NCBI GenBank assembly: GCA_964247055.1
Contig: OZ176051.1
Location: 3,410,001 to 3,474,000 of the forward strand
From: Paragordius varius
Taxonomy: Eukaryota; Animalia; Nematomorpha
Direction: 5' to 3'
DNA: 64,000 bases
The first letter of the stretch is position 1. The number at the start of each line of letters is the position of its first letter. Below the pieces are notes generated by a model, which saw nothing but the letters and a program-made list of their open reading frames with translations, did not search any database and was not told the DNA's origin. The translations under genes were made by a program, and so were the position numbers. Of this stretch, positions 51,256-64,000 are shown piece after piece.

Positions 51256-53261
51256 TTATAATGTTAAAAATTGACGTTTTGCTAGTCTTAATCACAATTT
51301 TTTAATAATATTTAAATTGGATACGATAATTATAGAGTAATTTTTAAAGAATACTTTTTTTACTTTTGAAAAATAAATATTAAACTTCACATATCCAAAA
51401 TATAAATATATATTTATAATGTGTGTAATCTCAGGTAATAATTAACTCCTAAAGATGTAAAAATTTGTGTTATTAGATATCATACCAATAATAATTAATG
51501 ATAAAATGACGTTTATTAAAGATATAATCAGGCGACATCGATATCTTTGATTCAATCTTAGACTACTGTCACACCTTTTGGTTTACATTTTCTTTTCTTT
51601 TTGACTTTTTCTTAACTACACATTTCTTTTATTTTATAAAAGGAATTCTCACCTGGAAAGAAGACTTTTACTGAACCTTGTCGCTAATTAATAAATTAAA
51701 CAAATATTAATTGTTCCATCTTGACTTTGTAATAGGATTAAGAATTAAATACCTGTTCCTGAACTAATAATCACATTGTTTGGGCGCCTGTAAACTTTGA
51801 TGTTGGATAAATATACTATTATATTACATATTTATATAAGGTAAAATGTGTGTGTTTTTATCAAATAAAACACTATTACATATTTCTTATCTTGTAATTT
51901 TATCCTTTGACCATTACATAGACTTGCTAATTTTCATAATGACAGAAATATAAGAGGGGTATTTTTTTATTGATAAAGGTATTGATTTCGATATTCGTGT
52001 AAGTACATATTTGACTTTAAAATAAATGTGACGTCCGACAGTCGGCAACATTAAAATAAAATGTTGTATTCATATTATTTTCAAAATTAAATGTTATAAA
52101 AAAAGATAACCCAAAACAGTTATGACCAAATATATATTTTTATGCATTAGAACATAATTTACAAAAAAAATATATAAATTATTTTGTGTATAATACATTA
52201 AAATATATCCAAAACTATTGATTAAATAATAAAAAATTTAATTATCTTATATTACAGGTAGAATATTTTATCGTATAATTTACATATCATCTTTAATGTC
52301 CGTTTTATATAACTATTATTATGCTTGAAATTTTGCATAATGTTTGAAAATTTAGTTCCATTAATTTTGAATATTTTATCCAAAGTATATAAAATATTCT
52401 TTTGATAAGACGCATCGCATCCTATATCTCTATGAAAAAAATGGTGTTAAAATAATCTATATAAAAATTATTATACAATAGTAAGAAATATCACGTATCA
52501 AATTTCTTTTTGCCTATGTTAATTATTACGTACCTACCATTACCTTTCTTTGAGATTGTTGTCTTCACTGATAATTTTAAAATATAAAAATGCTCATCTT
52601 CAAATGTAATTTAACTATTAAAAATGCTTGGCTATTTTTCTTAACAAACTTTGAAATATAAGTTTTGTATTGTCTGGTTTTTGATTGAACCAATTTTTAT
52701 TTTTAAATCAAAAGTATTCATTAAGTTGTATGAACCAAAAATAAATTTTTGGCTATGGATTTTATATTTTGACACATGACTGACGAAAACCATGAAATTT
52801 CACAATCCCAAAAATGTCTGGATCAAGCTGCATTTGGGACTGTAAAAGAATGATCTCCAAAATTTTTTTTAATTTGTAATATATAGTTTAAAAATTGCTT
52901 AACAAATGACTTTAGTTTTACAATAAAAATTAATATTATACGGACAAAAAGTAAAAATATATAGACAAAATTTTTTTAAAATACAGATATACTCTTTAAA
53001 CTTTAATTTATCCTATAAAAATTGTTTAATTACAATCGTAAAATATATAATTGATTTTGTTACCGTTTTTTTCTTTAATATATGATTTGCAGTTTAAAAC
53101 AATCAGTTATATTTTAAAAAAATCCAGGTATAAAAAGTATGGTTGTCTTTAAAAAAAATATTTGTCTTTATATTTTTGGGTTTTGTGGGTATAAATACAA
53201 TTTTTACAGTACAGAATGCGTCTACAAAGCAAAGATCAGTTTCAGATCCTTGTTGTATGAA

Positions 53262-53755
53262 ATCGAAAAAATATAATCATCAATGAATGCCCCGACAATA
53301 GCTTCGCTCTCTTTTGGAATTAGGCACCCAGTTCGGGCCCACAACGGGTTTTTTGAAAACAGAAGTCCACAAAAATCGTGTCTTTGAGACAATTTTCTGG
53401 AGAACGTGTTAGACCATTCAATTTCAAATATGATTTTTGTTTACTTATTTTCGATTGATCCGAACATAGTCGTCTCGCTTTTTTGATGGCACTCTTTTTA
53501 CCCGCTCCCCCCGTAAAATGCCATTTTTTACAAAAAACAAAGTATAAAAAAATAATTTTTTAAATCTATTTTTCTTCCAAGTATACAATATATTAGTATG
53601 AATGCACCGTTTTAAAATTCCTATAAAATTATAATTAAATAATGTTTCGGAATAATCCACATATGTGGATCATTTTATTGTCCCTCATTTCAAATAGCCC
53701 CCCCAGAAGTCGGAAGGACTCTCTCCTGCTACGTACAGCACGAGATTTACGCTGG
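53262..53755 (+). mobile_element. Non-autonomous Helitron family A, 5'-truncated
   Basis: Body homologous to the other copies; ends GCACGAGATTTACGCTGG|T (CTRR then T) after a degenerate hairpin. Confidence 0.75.
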
Positions 53756-54088
53756 TATCACGATAAAAAAGCCTTTTGTCAAAATTATCTCAATGATTTC
53801 AAAATTACTATCTTGGACCTGTTACTTCCGCTGTCATTTACACTAAACTATGATATGTGTATGGGTTAGTAAAATATTTCTACAAAAAACAAAAGAAAAA
53901 TACCAGTGCAAATAATAATATCTATATTACAAATATATGGTAAAAATCAGAATGCCTTAACAATTTCTCTACTAGGTTCTTCATTGGTCTAATTAATTAA
54001 TTATGTTTAGCTATATACAAATAAAATATCAATATTACTGGAAAGTTTTTTATCAACTTGAATAATAATCTATCAAATATATTATTAA

Positions 54089-57000
54089 CTAGCGTATATC
54101 TCGTGCTGCTACGCAGCCCGAGGAAGTCCTTCGGACTTCTGGGGGGGGGGGGGGGGGGGAATGGCATTTTACGGGGGTAGCGGGTAAAAAGTGGGACTAA
54201 ATTAAAAAAGCGAGACGACTATGTTCGGCGCAATCGAAAATAAGTAAACAAAAATCATATTTGAAATTGAATGGTCCAACACGGTCTATGGAAAATTGAC
54301 TTAACCCATTTTTCACACGGGGTGGGCCCGAACTGGGGACCTAATTCCAAAAAAGGGCGAAGCTATTGTCGGGGCATTCATTATTGATTATATTTTTTCG
54401 ATATTTGGATTTGATTGGGTTCACCGGTTTTCCGGAAACAGATCACAAAGTTACATGAAAAATCAGTTTTTAGCGGGTAGCTCCTTACTCAGCATCTATC
54501 ATCAAAGAAACGCTTGGCTAAAATTTTTGCCTTTTAACAGGTAATACGAAAAAACCTTCTCGAATTTTTACAGTCTCATACCTTGGGCAAAAAAATACAA
54601 TCAAAAAATTATTTTTGTGGATTTTTTTTAAAAAAAATGGCATTTTACGGGGGTAGCGGGTAAAAAGAGGGCCTAAATCAAAAAAGTGAGTCGACTATGT
54701 TCAGCGCGATCAAAAATAAGTAAACAAAAATTATATTTAAAATTGAATGGTCCAACACGTTCTCCAAAAAATTGCCTTAACCCATTTTTCACACGGGTGG
54801 GCCCGAACTGGGGACCTAATTCCAAAAAAGGGCGAAGTATTGTCGGGCCATTCATTAATGATTAAATTTTTTTGGTGTTTGGATTTGAATTGGTTCACCG
54901 GTTTTCCGGAAACAGATCACAAAGCATGAAAAATCAGTTTTAAGCGGGTATCTCCTTACCCAGCAGCTATAACAAAGAAACGCCTGACTAAAATTTTTCC
55001 CTTTTAACAGGGAATACGTGGAATCCATATTGAATTTTTACGGTCTCATACCTAGGGCGAAAAATCGATTTATTTTTGTGGACTTTGTTTTTTGAAAAAA
55101 ATGGCATTTTACGGGGGTAGCGGGTAAAAAGAGGGCCTAAATCAAAAAAGTGGCTCGACTGTGTTCGGCGCAATCGAAAATAAGTAAACAAAAATTATAT
55201 TTGAAATTGAATGGTCTAACACAGTGGTACTCACGAAAAAATTTTGACGGGCCAAATAAAATATATATTTTTTTCGAGGGCCAGATTCTTATAATGGCAA
55301 ATGTTCCATAGATATTTGACACATGTGAACATATTTATACTCTAAATCAGCACAATTAATTGTTTGCGGATCGCATGTAAATCCAACTGAAATCTCGTTT
55401 TGCACCATTTAGTTTAAAAAATTAAATATTTTAATAACAACATTTATTTTGATATTAACCAATAATTTTTGACAAATTTGGTTTCGCCTCCTGACAGACC
55501 AATCTTAATACGTCTTCCATATGATTATCGGTTAAGCGATTTCTGTATCTATTCTTGAGATACTTTATTTTTGAATATGCTGTCCACGGGTAACTTGAGA
55601 AAAAACAGTTAAGATAACTTGAGCACATTTTTTTATATTTTCATATTTATTTGGCACATCTTGCCAAAACCATACATATCTTTTATCTCTTCGATTCTCC
55701 TTATATATAGCCTCCAAATCGAAATCATTTAAATCTACGAATTATTCTGAATATGCGCCTGATCAAAACCGAGATGATATCCATACCATGGATTTTCCAC
55801 GAGTTTTAAGCAATTTTTAATATTTCTTAGTTCTTCAAATCTGAATTTCATTTCATTAGATAAAATGCTAAATGATTGTCTATTTTAAATGTTGGAAAAT
55901 ATAGGAGTATTTTACTTATAAATTCTGTTTATATATTATTAGTTTTTTTTTCAAAAGCAAATATTTGATTATCGAATTGGATTATTATTTTTCTCCCTTG
56001 AAAATTTTTAATAAGACTAAGTCTATAAGTAAATGTCGCAAAGGTAGGCAATAAAACCCTTCATTGGTCACTATTAATTTCCTCGTCAAACTTTCTGTTA
56101 TACAATCTCATTTAAAACAAAGTATCTATTTAATACTTTGCTAAGGCTTAGCCATCTCACAGCGGCGTACAAAAGAATATTATAAAACTCACTGTGGATA
56201 TCTTTCAGAAGGTTTTGAATTTACGGCTGTTAAATTCTCTTGGATGTGGTTGACTATATCCAAAACCTTAACTAATGAATTGAGTGATTCATCTTTTACA
56301 CGGGAAACCAAGTTTTGCTGTTGAGTAAATATTTTTCAAATTATATTTGTTTTTCAAAAGAGAGATAAATCCTTCGTTTCATAGAGGGATAGCCATCTGT
56401 GCAGATCGAAACCAATTTTTTCATAGATATACCATTATTATAGAAAAAGCTACCACTTATTAAAAATTCTTTTTTTAGTTGGGAATCAGTAAACAGTTTC
56501 ATATTTTTTCCTAAAATATAACAAATTTCATACGAAGCTAATGTTACAGCTTTTCCTGGGAGAAAGCTATAAAAATAATAGATTTTCTTTCTGGTATAAT
56601 TCCTTAATTTTTAATTTATTTCGTTCTTTCCTTATGATTTTTTGGTAATTTATGAGAATGATGGATTGTAAAATGTCTTTCAATATTGTATTTTTTTATA
56701 ATTATGTTGTCCTTTATAAGGCAGGTATCAACATTTTTAAAAGCGACAAAGAATTTTTATTCCCATTCCTTTTAAAAAAACGATTTTTATCGGATAATTT
56801 ACGTTTTTTAGCATTAGATGTCATCCTTTGAATTTATATTTAAATAGTATGTAAATTTTTGCAAAAAAAGAAATATAATTTGAAATATGCTATAAAAAAT
56901 AGGAAAAAATTTAATGATGTTGATTTGAAAAATATTTTATGGATAAAAAATGATGTAGGATCGCTATGAAAAGACTATGTATATGCAAGTTTGGGTGAAA

Positions 57001-57559
57001 AGCTTCCTTAAATGCAAAAAAGGAATTCAATAAAAATTTCAAAATAGAAAAAAAATAGAATACGGAAACAGAGACAACGTCCAAAATTTTGAAATCATTT
57101 TATTTAGAGAAATTTTTCTACCAAATTGGGTAAAAAATAGAAATTACGAAATAGATCTAAAGAAAATAATATTAAAATAAGCGAAAATTCGTTTATGTGT
57201 ATTTTAAAAATTCATCAATAAAAAAAATAATTTAAGTATCAATATGGTCATAGGGCAATTTTAAAGCACTCTTAGGGCCGCATGCGGCCCGCGGGCCGCG
57301 GTTTGAGTATCACTGGTCTAACACCTTCTCCGGAAAATTGTCTCAAAGACACGATTTTTGTGGTCTTATGTTTTCAAAAAAAACCGTTTTTCACACGGGG
57401 TGGGCCCGAACTGGGGGCCTAATTAAAAAAAAAGTCGAAGCTATTGTCGGGGCATTCATTAATGATTATATTTTTTCGATATTTGGATTTGATTGGGTCT
57501 ACCGGTTTTCCTGTACCAGATCACAAAGCCAGCATTTTCCATTTTTATAAATATATAGA
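54089..57559 (-). mobile_element. Non-autonomous Helitron family A with ~470-bp internal tandem units, interrupted by a hAT
   Basis: On the minus strand: A|TCTATATATTT at 57559, then the hairpin CTCG-G-GCTGC-GTA-GCAGC-A-CGAG and CTAG|T at 54089. The anchor TGGCATTTTACGGGGGTAGC recurs at 54162, 54638 and 55102. Confidence 0.88.
55222..57315 (-). mobile_element. hAT Buster/Charlie-type transposon, copy 2, nested in the Helitron
   Basis: Same TIRs as 39319-41161, with a perfect 8-bp TSD GTCTAACA. The Helitron sequence resumes seamlessly after the TSD. Confidence 0.93.
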
Positions 57560-57875
57560 TTACATTTCCTCAAAACATGTTTTCATTTAAAATTATAGCA
57601 AAAAGCGCAATTTGATAATTTCAATATACACGTAATTTAAAAAATAGGTTTTTCAAAAAACACTAAAACGCATTTTAAATTAAATTTAGCAACTTTTTTG
57701 AGAATACTTATAATTACATTACCCTTAAATTGGATTTCGTAAAGCAGTGTGTTTAAGGTAAAATTATCATTCACAATTTTTATAGATGAAAACCGTCAAT
57801 TTTTTATTTAAGATAAACTTTACTTTCTATTTTTAAAAACGGAGGAATAAATATAACTTACCAAATTTCGCCAAC

Positions 57876-60660
57876 CAATGGCCTACCGAGGAAATGGGGT
57901 GCAAGGAGGTGCATCATGCCCTGGGGGCCGTTATTTAGGGGCGCCTAAATGATTTTTTTAATATTTAAAATTATGCAAAAATAATAAAAACTTTCAAGTA
58001 AGTTTTTTCAGCAATTTACGTAATCTAAATATTAATAATGGAAAGTAGTGGCATTGTGATCTGTTTCCGGAAAACCGGTAGGCAATGAATGCCCCGACAT
58101 TAGCTTCGCCCTTTTTTGAATTAGGTCCCCAGTTCGGGCCCACCCCGTGTAAAAAATGGTTATTTTTCAAAACACAAGTCCACAAAAATAGAGTCTTTGA
58201 GACAATTTTCCCGAAAATGTGTTGGACCATTCGATTTCAAATATAATTTTTTATTTACTTCGATTACACCGAACATAGTCGGCTCGCTTTTTTAATTTAG
58301 GCCCTCTTTTTACCCGCTTCCTCCGTAAAATGCCATTTTTTTCAAAACAAATGTCCACAAAAATATTTTTTTGAATCTATTTTTCGCCCAGGGTATGAGA
58401 CCGTAAAAATTTAATGAGGATTCCCGATATTCCTTGTTAAAAGGCAAAAATTTTCATCGTACGTTTTTTATAATGGTTGGGTAAAGAGCTACCTGCCTAT
58501 AACTGCGCCATCATATATATATTGCGTTGTTTAGGAGCTAATTTTCAGATAATTTATCAGGCCATATAAGTTAAATGAGGGTCTGAAATATTACCCGTTA
58601 AAAGCCAAAAATAATTGAGCGGTTTTTTAAATTAGCCATTAATTATGCCCTTTAGGCCCTAAAAAATGCGCTATTGAACTATTATTTATGAAGCCATTGT
58701 TCCAAAAACTATTAAGAACATATATAATGATTAATGATTCCAGGCATTCCCCTATAAAGGCAATAGTTTTTTCTAACGTCTTTTTTATATTGGCCTCAGG
58801 GTAGGGGGCTACCCGCCAACAGGTGCGCCACTATATCGATACAGCGTGACTTTGGGGGCAAATTAATTATCCGGCTATATGAATTCATTAAGGGCTTGAA
58901 ATATTAGCCATAAAAAGGCAAAAATTAAAGTAGAGCGGTTTTATTAAATTACCCCTTAATTAGGCCCTTACCCCGAGAAAGACGCCACCATAGAATTACT
59001 TTTTGGTTTTTAGGCAATTTTTTGAAAATCCTACGAGAGCATATGGAATCAGTCCTGATTCCCAGTATCACCCGAATTAAGGCAAAAATTTCAATTGAGC
59101 GTTTTTTGTTTTGCCCCTGGTTAGGGGGCTACCCGCATAAAACTCGACACCATATCAATACAGCATTGGAGCCAAGTTTCAGAAAACCTATGTGTCGAAA
59201 AGGAACATAAGGAATCCATTATGATTTCAGATATTCCCCATATAAAAGGAAAATTTTGCTCAACGCTTTTTTTATAGCTGCCCCTGGGTAAGGGGCTACC
59301 CGAAAAACTGCGCCACCATATAGAATTGCGTTGTTTGGAGCTAATTTACACAAAATTTATGAAGCCATATGAGTTCATTAAAGCTGGAAATATTACCCGT
59401 AACTAGATAAAAAAAAGTCAGGCGTTTTTTAATCAGCCGTTAACTTAGGCCCTTTGTGCCCATAAAAATACGCCATCATATAACGATTATTTAGTGTTGA
59501 GGTATTTTTCCGAATAACCCATGAGACGATGGTATCAAAGATGATTCCAAATTTTTCCTAGCGCTTTTTCCATATAGATCTATGGGTAGGGGTCTACCGG
59601 TTTAAAACTGAGACGCCATACAAAAATAGCGAGAGGCGATTAAAAACTTAAGAAGACATACGAGTTCAGTTAAACACATTTCTGGCAAATTTTTATATCA
59701 TTCTTTCCTTTAAAAAGGGACTAAAAATAAGTCACTTTTTCTATCCCTTGATTCCAGCTGTGTGAGAAAAATTTTAAAATAAAACTTTTAACCATAATAT
59801 GTAAAACAAAAATCTTAAATTAAATCCAATGATAGTTGAATATTAACTTTCATAAGGGACAGTTTAATATGGTCGATTTCGGGTAAACAATATTTGAGCC
59901 TATGCAAAAACCCGTAAGAATAATTAAAGACTTTTATTTAATATGTTTTTCATTATTTTATCTCCTTTACCTCTATTTATTCCAAATTAATAAGAATAAT
60001 TATCGGTGAGACTACGTCACAGCGAAGCGTTACAGGGCAAGCTAGTAATTAGTAAAATAATATAAAAATTATACAGAGATTAAAAGCAAACATTATGCAA
60101 AAACAACTTTTATGTAGGTATTCCCTTCAACATGTGCAAACTTATTTTTTCGCTTAAAAAACGTTTATTTATCAGCACATATTGTTAATTCTTTTATTGC
60201 CATAATTAAATTATCTTCTTTCTCTGTTCAAAACCTTATCTCTTATTCTTATAATTTAATTTTATTTTAATCATATTTAATTTCAAAATCCAAATTTTAT
60301 TTATTTAAATTCTCAAGATCATTCCATCTCTAACAAGAGCCTTGTATTTTTAAAATTACTTTCATTTTCATCAGATATCAATGCCTAAACTCAACGGTTA
60401 CGCAAATAGAAAACGAAAAATCCAGGAAGAGGATAAATAAATAAAATGCCAATGAGTATGAAATCTTATTTAACGAAAATATCTGACCATAACATTGAAA
60501 AAAGTGTATGCGACACTAACATAACGGTACTCCTTCATAATAATAACTTAAATACAACTGAAACCCTAGTTATTGATCTAATAAATAGAGATGATAAAAC
60601 TACAAATATACCATTAGTAATTCCAAGCGCTATACCTATAGAGTTACCTATTCAATTAAC
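57876..60660 (+). mobile_element. hAT-Tip100-like 5' fragment, copy B, split by a Helitron (57876-58023 and 60046-~60660)
   Basis: Matches the reverse complement of 41750-42485 on both sides of the Helitron, and includes the MPKLNGYANRKRK start at 60381 followed by a premature stop. Confidence 0.65.
58024..60045 (+). mobile_element. Non-autonomous Helitron with the family A 5' end, an internal ~160-bp satellite array and an alternative 3' end
   Basis: A|TCTAAATATT...GCAAGCTAG|T with no TSD, confirmed by the empty site in the Tip100-like copy at ~42350. The 3' hairpin is GTCACAGC-GAA-GCGTTAC. About 8 diverged monomers lie at ~58400-59650. Confidence 0.9.
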
Positions 60661-61293
60661 ATAGTAGATTCTTTATATATAAATGTGAGATTATATGTGG
60701 AGGGCTTCAAAATGCCTGTGTGCCCCTACATAAATTTGTAGCGATATTATGAAAAACAGCATTTACCGCAGCTAAAAATGATAATGTATCAAATAATTTT
60801 GAATTCTATTAATTTGATTTGTAAGTCTGTATCAGTCGTAGGACGCAACCGCTGATATCGATACTAAAATAATGTGAAAATAGATATTCCTCTTTTGTTC
60901 ATTCTTCAAAAATCGCGGATAAAAATTGTTTAAATAATTGGCTATTTTAAATTTTCAAGCGTAAATAAGCCAAGATAAACAATAAACCCTTCTGCTATGG
61001 CAGATTTTTTTGTGGAAAATCATAAAGATAACATCAATTCTTTCAATGTAGTCAAATATGAATGTAGAAGAGTCAGTTAAACAAGACTTTATTGGGGATA
61101 TTAGTCAGCAATCTGCAGCAATTAATACAAACCAAACATTTTTCGAAAACCAGAATGTTCAATAAAGTTTAAAGGTCTCCCATTTGCTGTCCCATTTCTA
61201 AAATACCTTCATTCAAAGTTTTTATATCAAATTCAGTAGTAACACTTTTCTTTTCCAAAAAAGAATCAAGTTTGTTTGTGTTTGAACCACTAA

Positions 61294-61939
61294 TCTATAT
61301 ATTTATAAAAATGGAAAATGCTGGCTTTGTGATCTGGTACAGGAAAACCGGTAAAATCCAAACTTCGAAAAAATATAATCATTAATGAATGCCCCGAAAT
61401 AGCTTCGCTCGTTTTTTGAAATAGGCCCCCAGTTCGAGCCTACCCCGTGTGAAAAACGGGTTTTTTTTTGAAAACAAAAGTCCACAAAAATCGTGTCTTT
61501 GAGACAATTTTCTGGAGAACGTGTTGGTCCATTCTATTTCAAATGTGATTTTTGTTTACTTATTTTCGATTGCACCGAACATAGTCGAGTCACTTTTTTG
61601 ATTTAGGCCCTCTTTTTACCAGCTCCCCCCGCAAAATGCCATTTTTTTCAAAAAACAAAGTCCACAAAAAAAAATTTTAAATCTATTTTTCGCCCTAGGT
61701 ATGAGACCGTAAAAATCAATATGGATTCCACGTATTCCCTGTAAAAAGGTAAAAATTTTAGTCAGGCGTTTCTTTGATGATAGCTGCTGGATAAGGAGCT
61801 ACCCGCTAAAAACTGATTCCTCATGTAACTTTGTGATCTGTTTCCGGAAAACCGGTAGACCTATTCAAATCAAAACTTCGAAACCCCCCCAGAAGTCCGA
61901 AGGACTTCCTCGGGCTGCATAGCAGCACGAGATTTATAG
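61294..61939 (+). mobile_element. Non-autonomous Helitron family A
   Basis: A|TCTATATATTTATAAAAATGGAAAATGC at 61294, then the hairpin CTCGGGCTGCATAGCAGCACGAG and a degenerate ATAG|T at 61939. Confidence 0.85.
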
Positions 61940-62372
61940 TTATAAATAAAATATACACTATGACAATCTTCCGTAAATTTAGAGTAAACGTCCCGGTGTA
62001 ACTTTAGACGCTTATACTTAAAGATTTGCCATCATAATTTTATAAACCTGGATTCCAATATAAAACCGGTTCTAAAAGAATTCTTACAAAGGTTAACTCG
62101 TTCCGTTCCTGTTCTTTACATTTTTTAGGTTCCAGAACCGATTTTTTAAAAATTGGAACATGTTTCAAAACAGTTCTTAAAATTTTAAAACTCTTCTTCC
62201 CGTTCTCTCGTGGAACAACGGCTCTAGTTCCAAGTCCCGAAATAAACATTTTTTAATTTAAGAAGCAATTAATATTCATTTAAACATATAGTTTAATTAT
62301 TGACCGTAGTAATTGAATGACATGGTTCAATTAAGATGGTATTAAAAAATTTTATTAAAAATAATTATAATC

Positions 62373-63350
62373 TCATCCGGTTTGAAGTGCTCGAGGTTTT
62401 TCCGTATCCAAAAATTTCTGAAGCATATCAGTGGTTTCGGCAAGGGCTGTCCTTTTTGAATTGGTTAACATTTCATGTTCTGAGCCTCGATTTTTGTTTA
62501 AATTTTCGGTTCTATCAATCTCGAGACCCTGTCACGCATTTGATTAAATTAAAAAATTTTACAGTAAAATGTTAAAAATAAAATATATAAATATAATTAT
62601 ATCTGGTTTAATCTTAACTTTGTGAAAAACAGATGATAGACTAATGTATCCAATTATTTTTACTTGTATTTCCAAATATTTTTCTCCAACAAGTTTCCAA
62701 TCCACAACATCACTTAAGGGTCTGTTTGTGGATAAACCTTTCCTTTGTGATCCGTTTGGACTTGAAAACTTAAATATGGGGTAAAAAACTATGAAATGTA
62801 ATCATAACATGCGCTAAAAGCTATGAAAGAGAAAAGGATTCTAAAACATTAAAAATATAGGATTATCATTTTATACTTTGACACTATAAAATTATAATTA
62901 AATTCCGGCAAAATGGCCATAAATTATTTGAAAAAATAACCTTTTCACGTTGTATAAAACCACTAGAGAACACAGATGAGTCGCCTCCAACAGGTTGCAA
63001 TTTACCACTTGGAAAACATTGCAGCTTTTCTTCCTCGTTTAAAAAAGCTTCTTTTGATAACGAGAATATCCCAACTAAAAACAAAAAAAATATTTGGACA
63101 TGATAAGGTAAGATAGCTTCGTTTACCTAAAAATGTTCACGAAACTTTTTTAAACTTTATCTAAGTAATGAGTTTTAAAAGCTTATTGTATACAGAATAT
63201 AATTTCAAACTAACATCCGTATCGATAAAGGAGCTTGAAAAAGACCCATGATTTTGTGAATAAATTGATAGGGGATGGGGCTGGTGGCTGTTTTTCGGTA
63301 TTAATTATGAGTTGTCCTCTACCATACTTCCATTCTAAATCTGATTCTTC
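62373..63350 (-). CDS. nompC: 3' exons of a TRPN/NompC-like mechanosensory TRP channel (63350-63215, 63074-62941, 62768-62664, 62528-62373); the gene continues beyond the window
   Basis: The four phase-compatible GT-AG exons translate to EESDLEWKYGRGQLIINTEKQPPAPSPINLFTKSW..., matching the TRP box plus APSPLNL segment of NompC/TRP-4, and LSDVVDWKLVGEKY, matching the TRPN C-terminal VxDW motif. TGA stop at 62375-62373 followed by AATAAA. Confidence 0.78.
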
Positions 63351-64000
63351 CTAAAATAATAATTGAATATATTTGTTATTCATGTTTACCATTAATAAAT
63401 TTATTTATGATAATTTCCCTAAAATCAAGAGATGAAAATTAAATTTCGCCGATAGCAGTTATCGATCTCAGACTTCCAACTATTGCCACGGAGTTATATT
63501 CAGTGTTTTTAACAAAAAAATTATTTTTAATCATTAATTTAAAAATTTTCCCATTTATTTTGCAATAATAGTGCAGACTATGCCAAAATTATATATTAGA
63601 ACCAACCATAAGTTAATTTAGAACATATAAAAACGAATAAATGCGAAAATAATAAGTAAGCAAATATGTGATTTTCATCATTTTAAAACTTTAAAAGTTT
63701 GCGATTAGTTTCTAAAGTTTATATGGATATATTGTTATAATGAGTCCTAATTAGAGTAGGATTTGACTTATGAAATCATTCATGAGTGAATTGAATGCCA
63801 CCTCTCCTAAAAAACTCGGTCTATAAATCATTTTTGTATCTCATTAATTTGCTATCAAACGCTGTTAAAGATTGGTTGATTTTGTTTGTTTAGTTCCAAC
63901 ATATATTTTTCTGATATTAATATTTACTGGTGTCACCAAGTATGATTGCATTCAAAAGCTATCAAGACCGGTTTTTTAATATTAACTGGCCAAAATCCTT

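Noticed and set aside
58400-59650. CRISPR-like appearance of regularly spaced repeats
   Set aside because: Eukaryotic context, diverged monomers rather than identical repeats with unique spacers, and no cas genes.
60680-61290. Degenerate minus-strand frame with vague transposase-like patches
   Set aside because: Multiple stops, no convincing motif and no termini.
1-64000. Alternative genetic code or stop-codon readthrough
   Set aside because: All conserved genes translate without internal stops under the standard code once GT-AG introns are removed.

Overview
Very AT-rich eukaryotic (animal) genomic DNA with GT-AG spliceosomal introns and the standard genetic code. The species cannot be fixed from the sequence; it looks like a fast-evolving invertebrate, probably a protostome. 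There are five recognisable developmental or signalling genes and one partial one. Six1/2 (+, 1330-3665, 2 exons), BMP5-8/gbb (+, ~11569-18386, 9 exons), mTOR (-, 34042-18731, 27 exons, ~2,884 aa), an intronless atypical class A GPCR (+, 37494-38948) and Six4/5 (-, 51255-49927) are followed by the last four exons of a TRPN/NompC-like channel (-, 63350-62373), which the ORF track largely misses. A probable orphan secreted protein lies at 48021-47374. The rest is dominated by DNA transposons: a hAT-Blackjack element, two hAT Buster/Charlie elements with perfect 8-bp TSDs, two CMC/Chapaev3-like non-autonomous elements with TAA/TTA TSDs, five copies of a non-autonomous Helitron family with satellite-like internal repeats, hAT-Tip100-like fragments and an RTE-like LINE tail. 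The most notable observations are 26-28 nt introns beside kb-sized TE-filled introns, large coding insertions in normally conserved domains (SIX domain, BMP mature N-terminus, GPCR ICL1, mTOR FAT), linkage of Six1/2 with Six4/5, and Helitrons acting as carriers of a ~160-bp satellite. No prokaryotic features, CRISPR arrays, rRNA or tRNA genes were found. All exon models were built by hand from splice signals, phase and remembered family alignments, with no transcript data.
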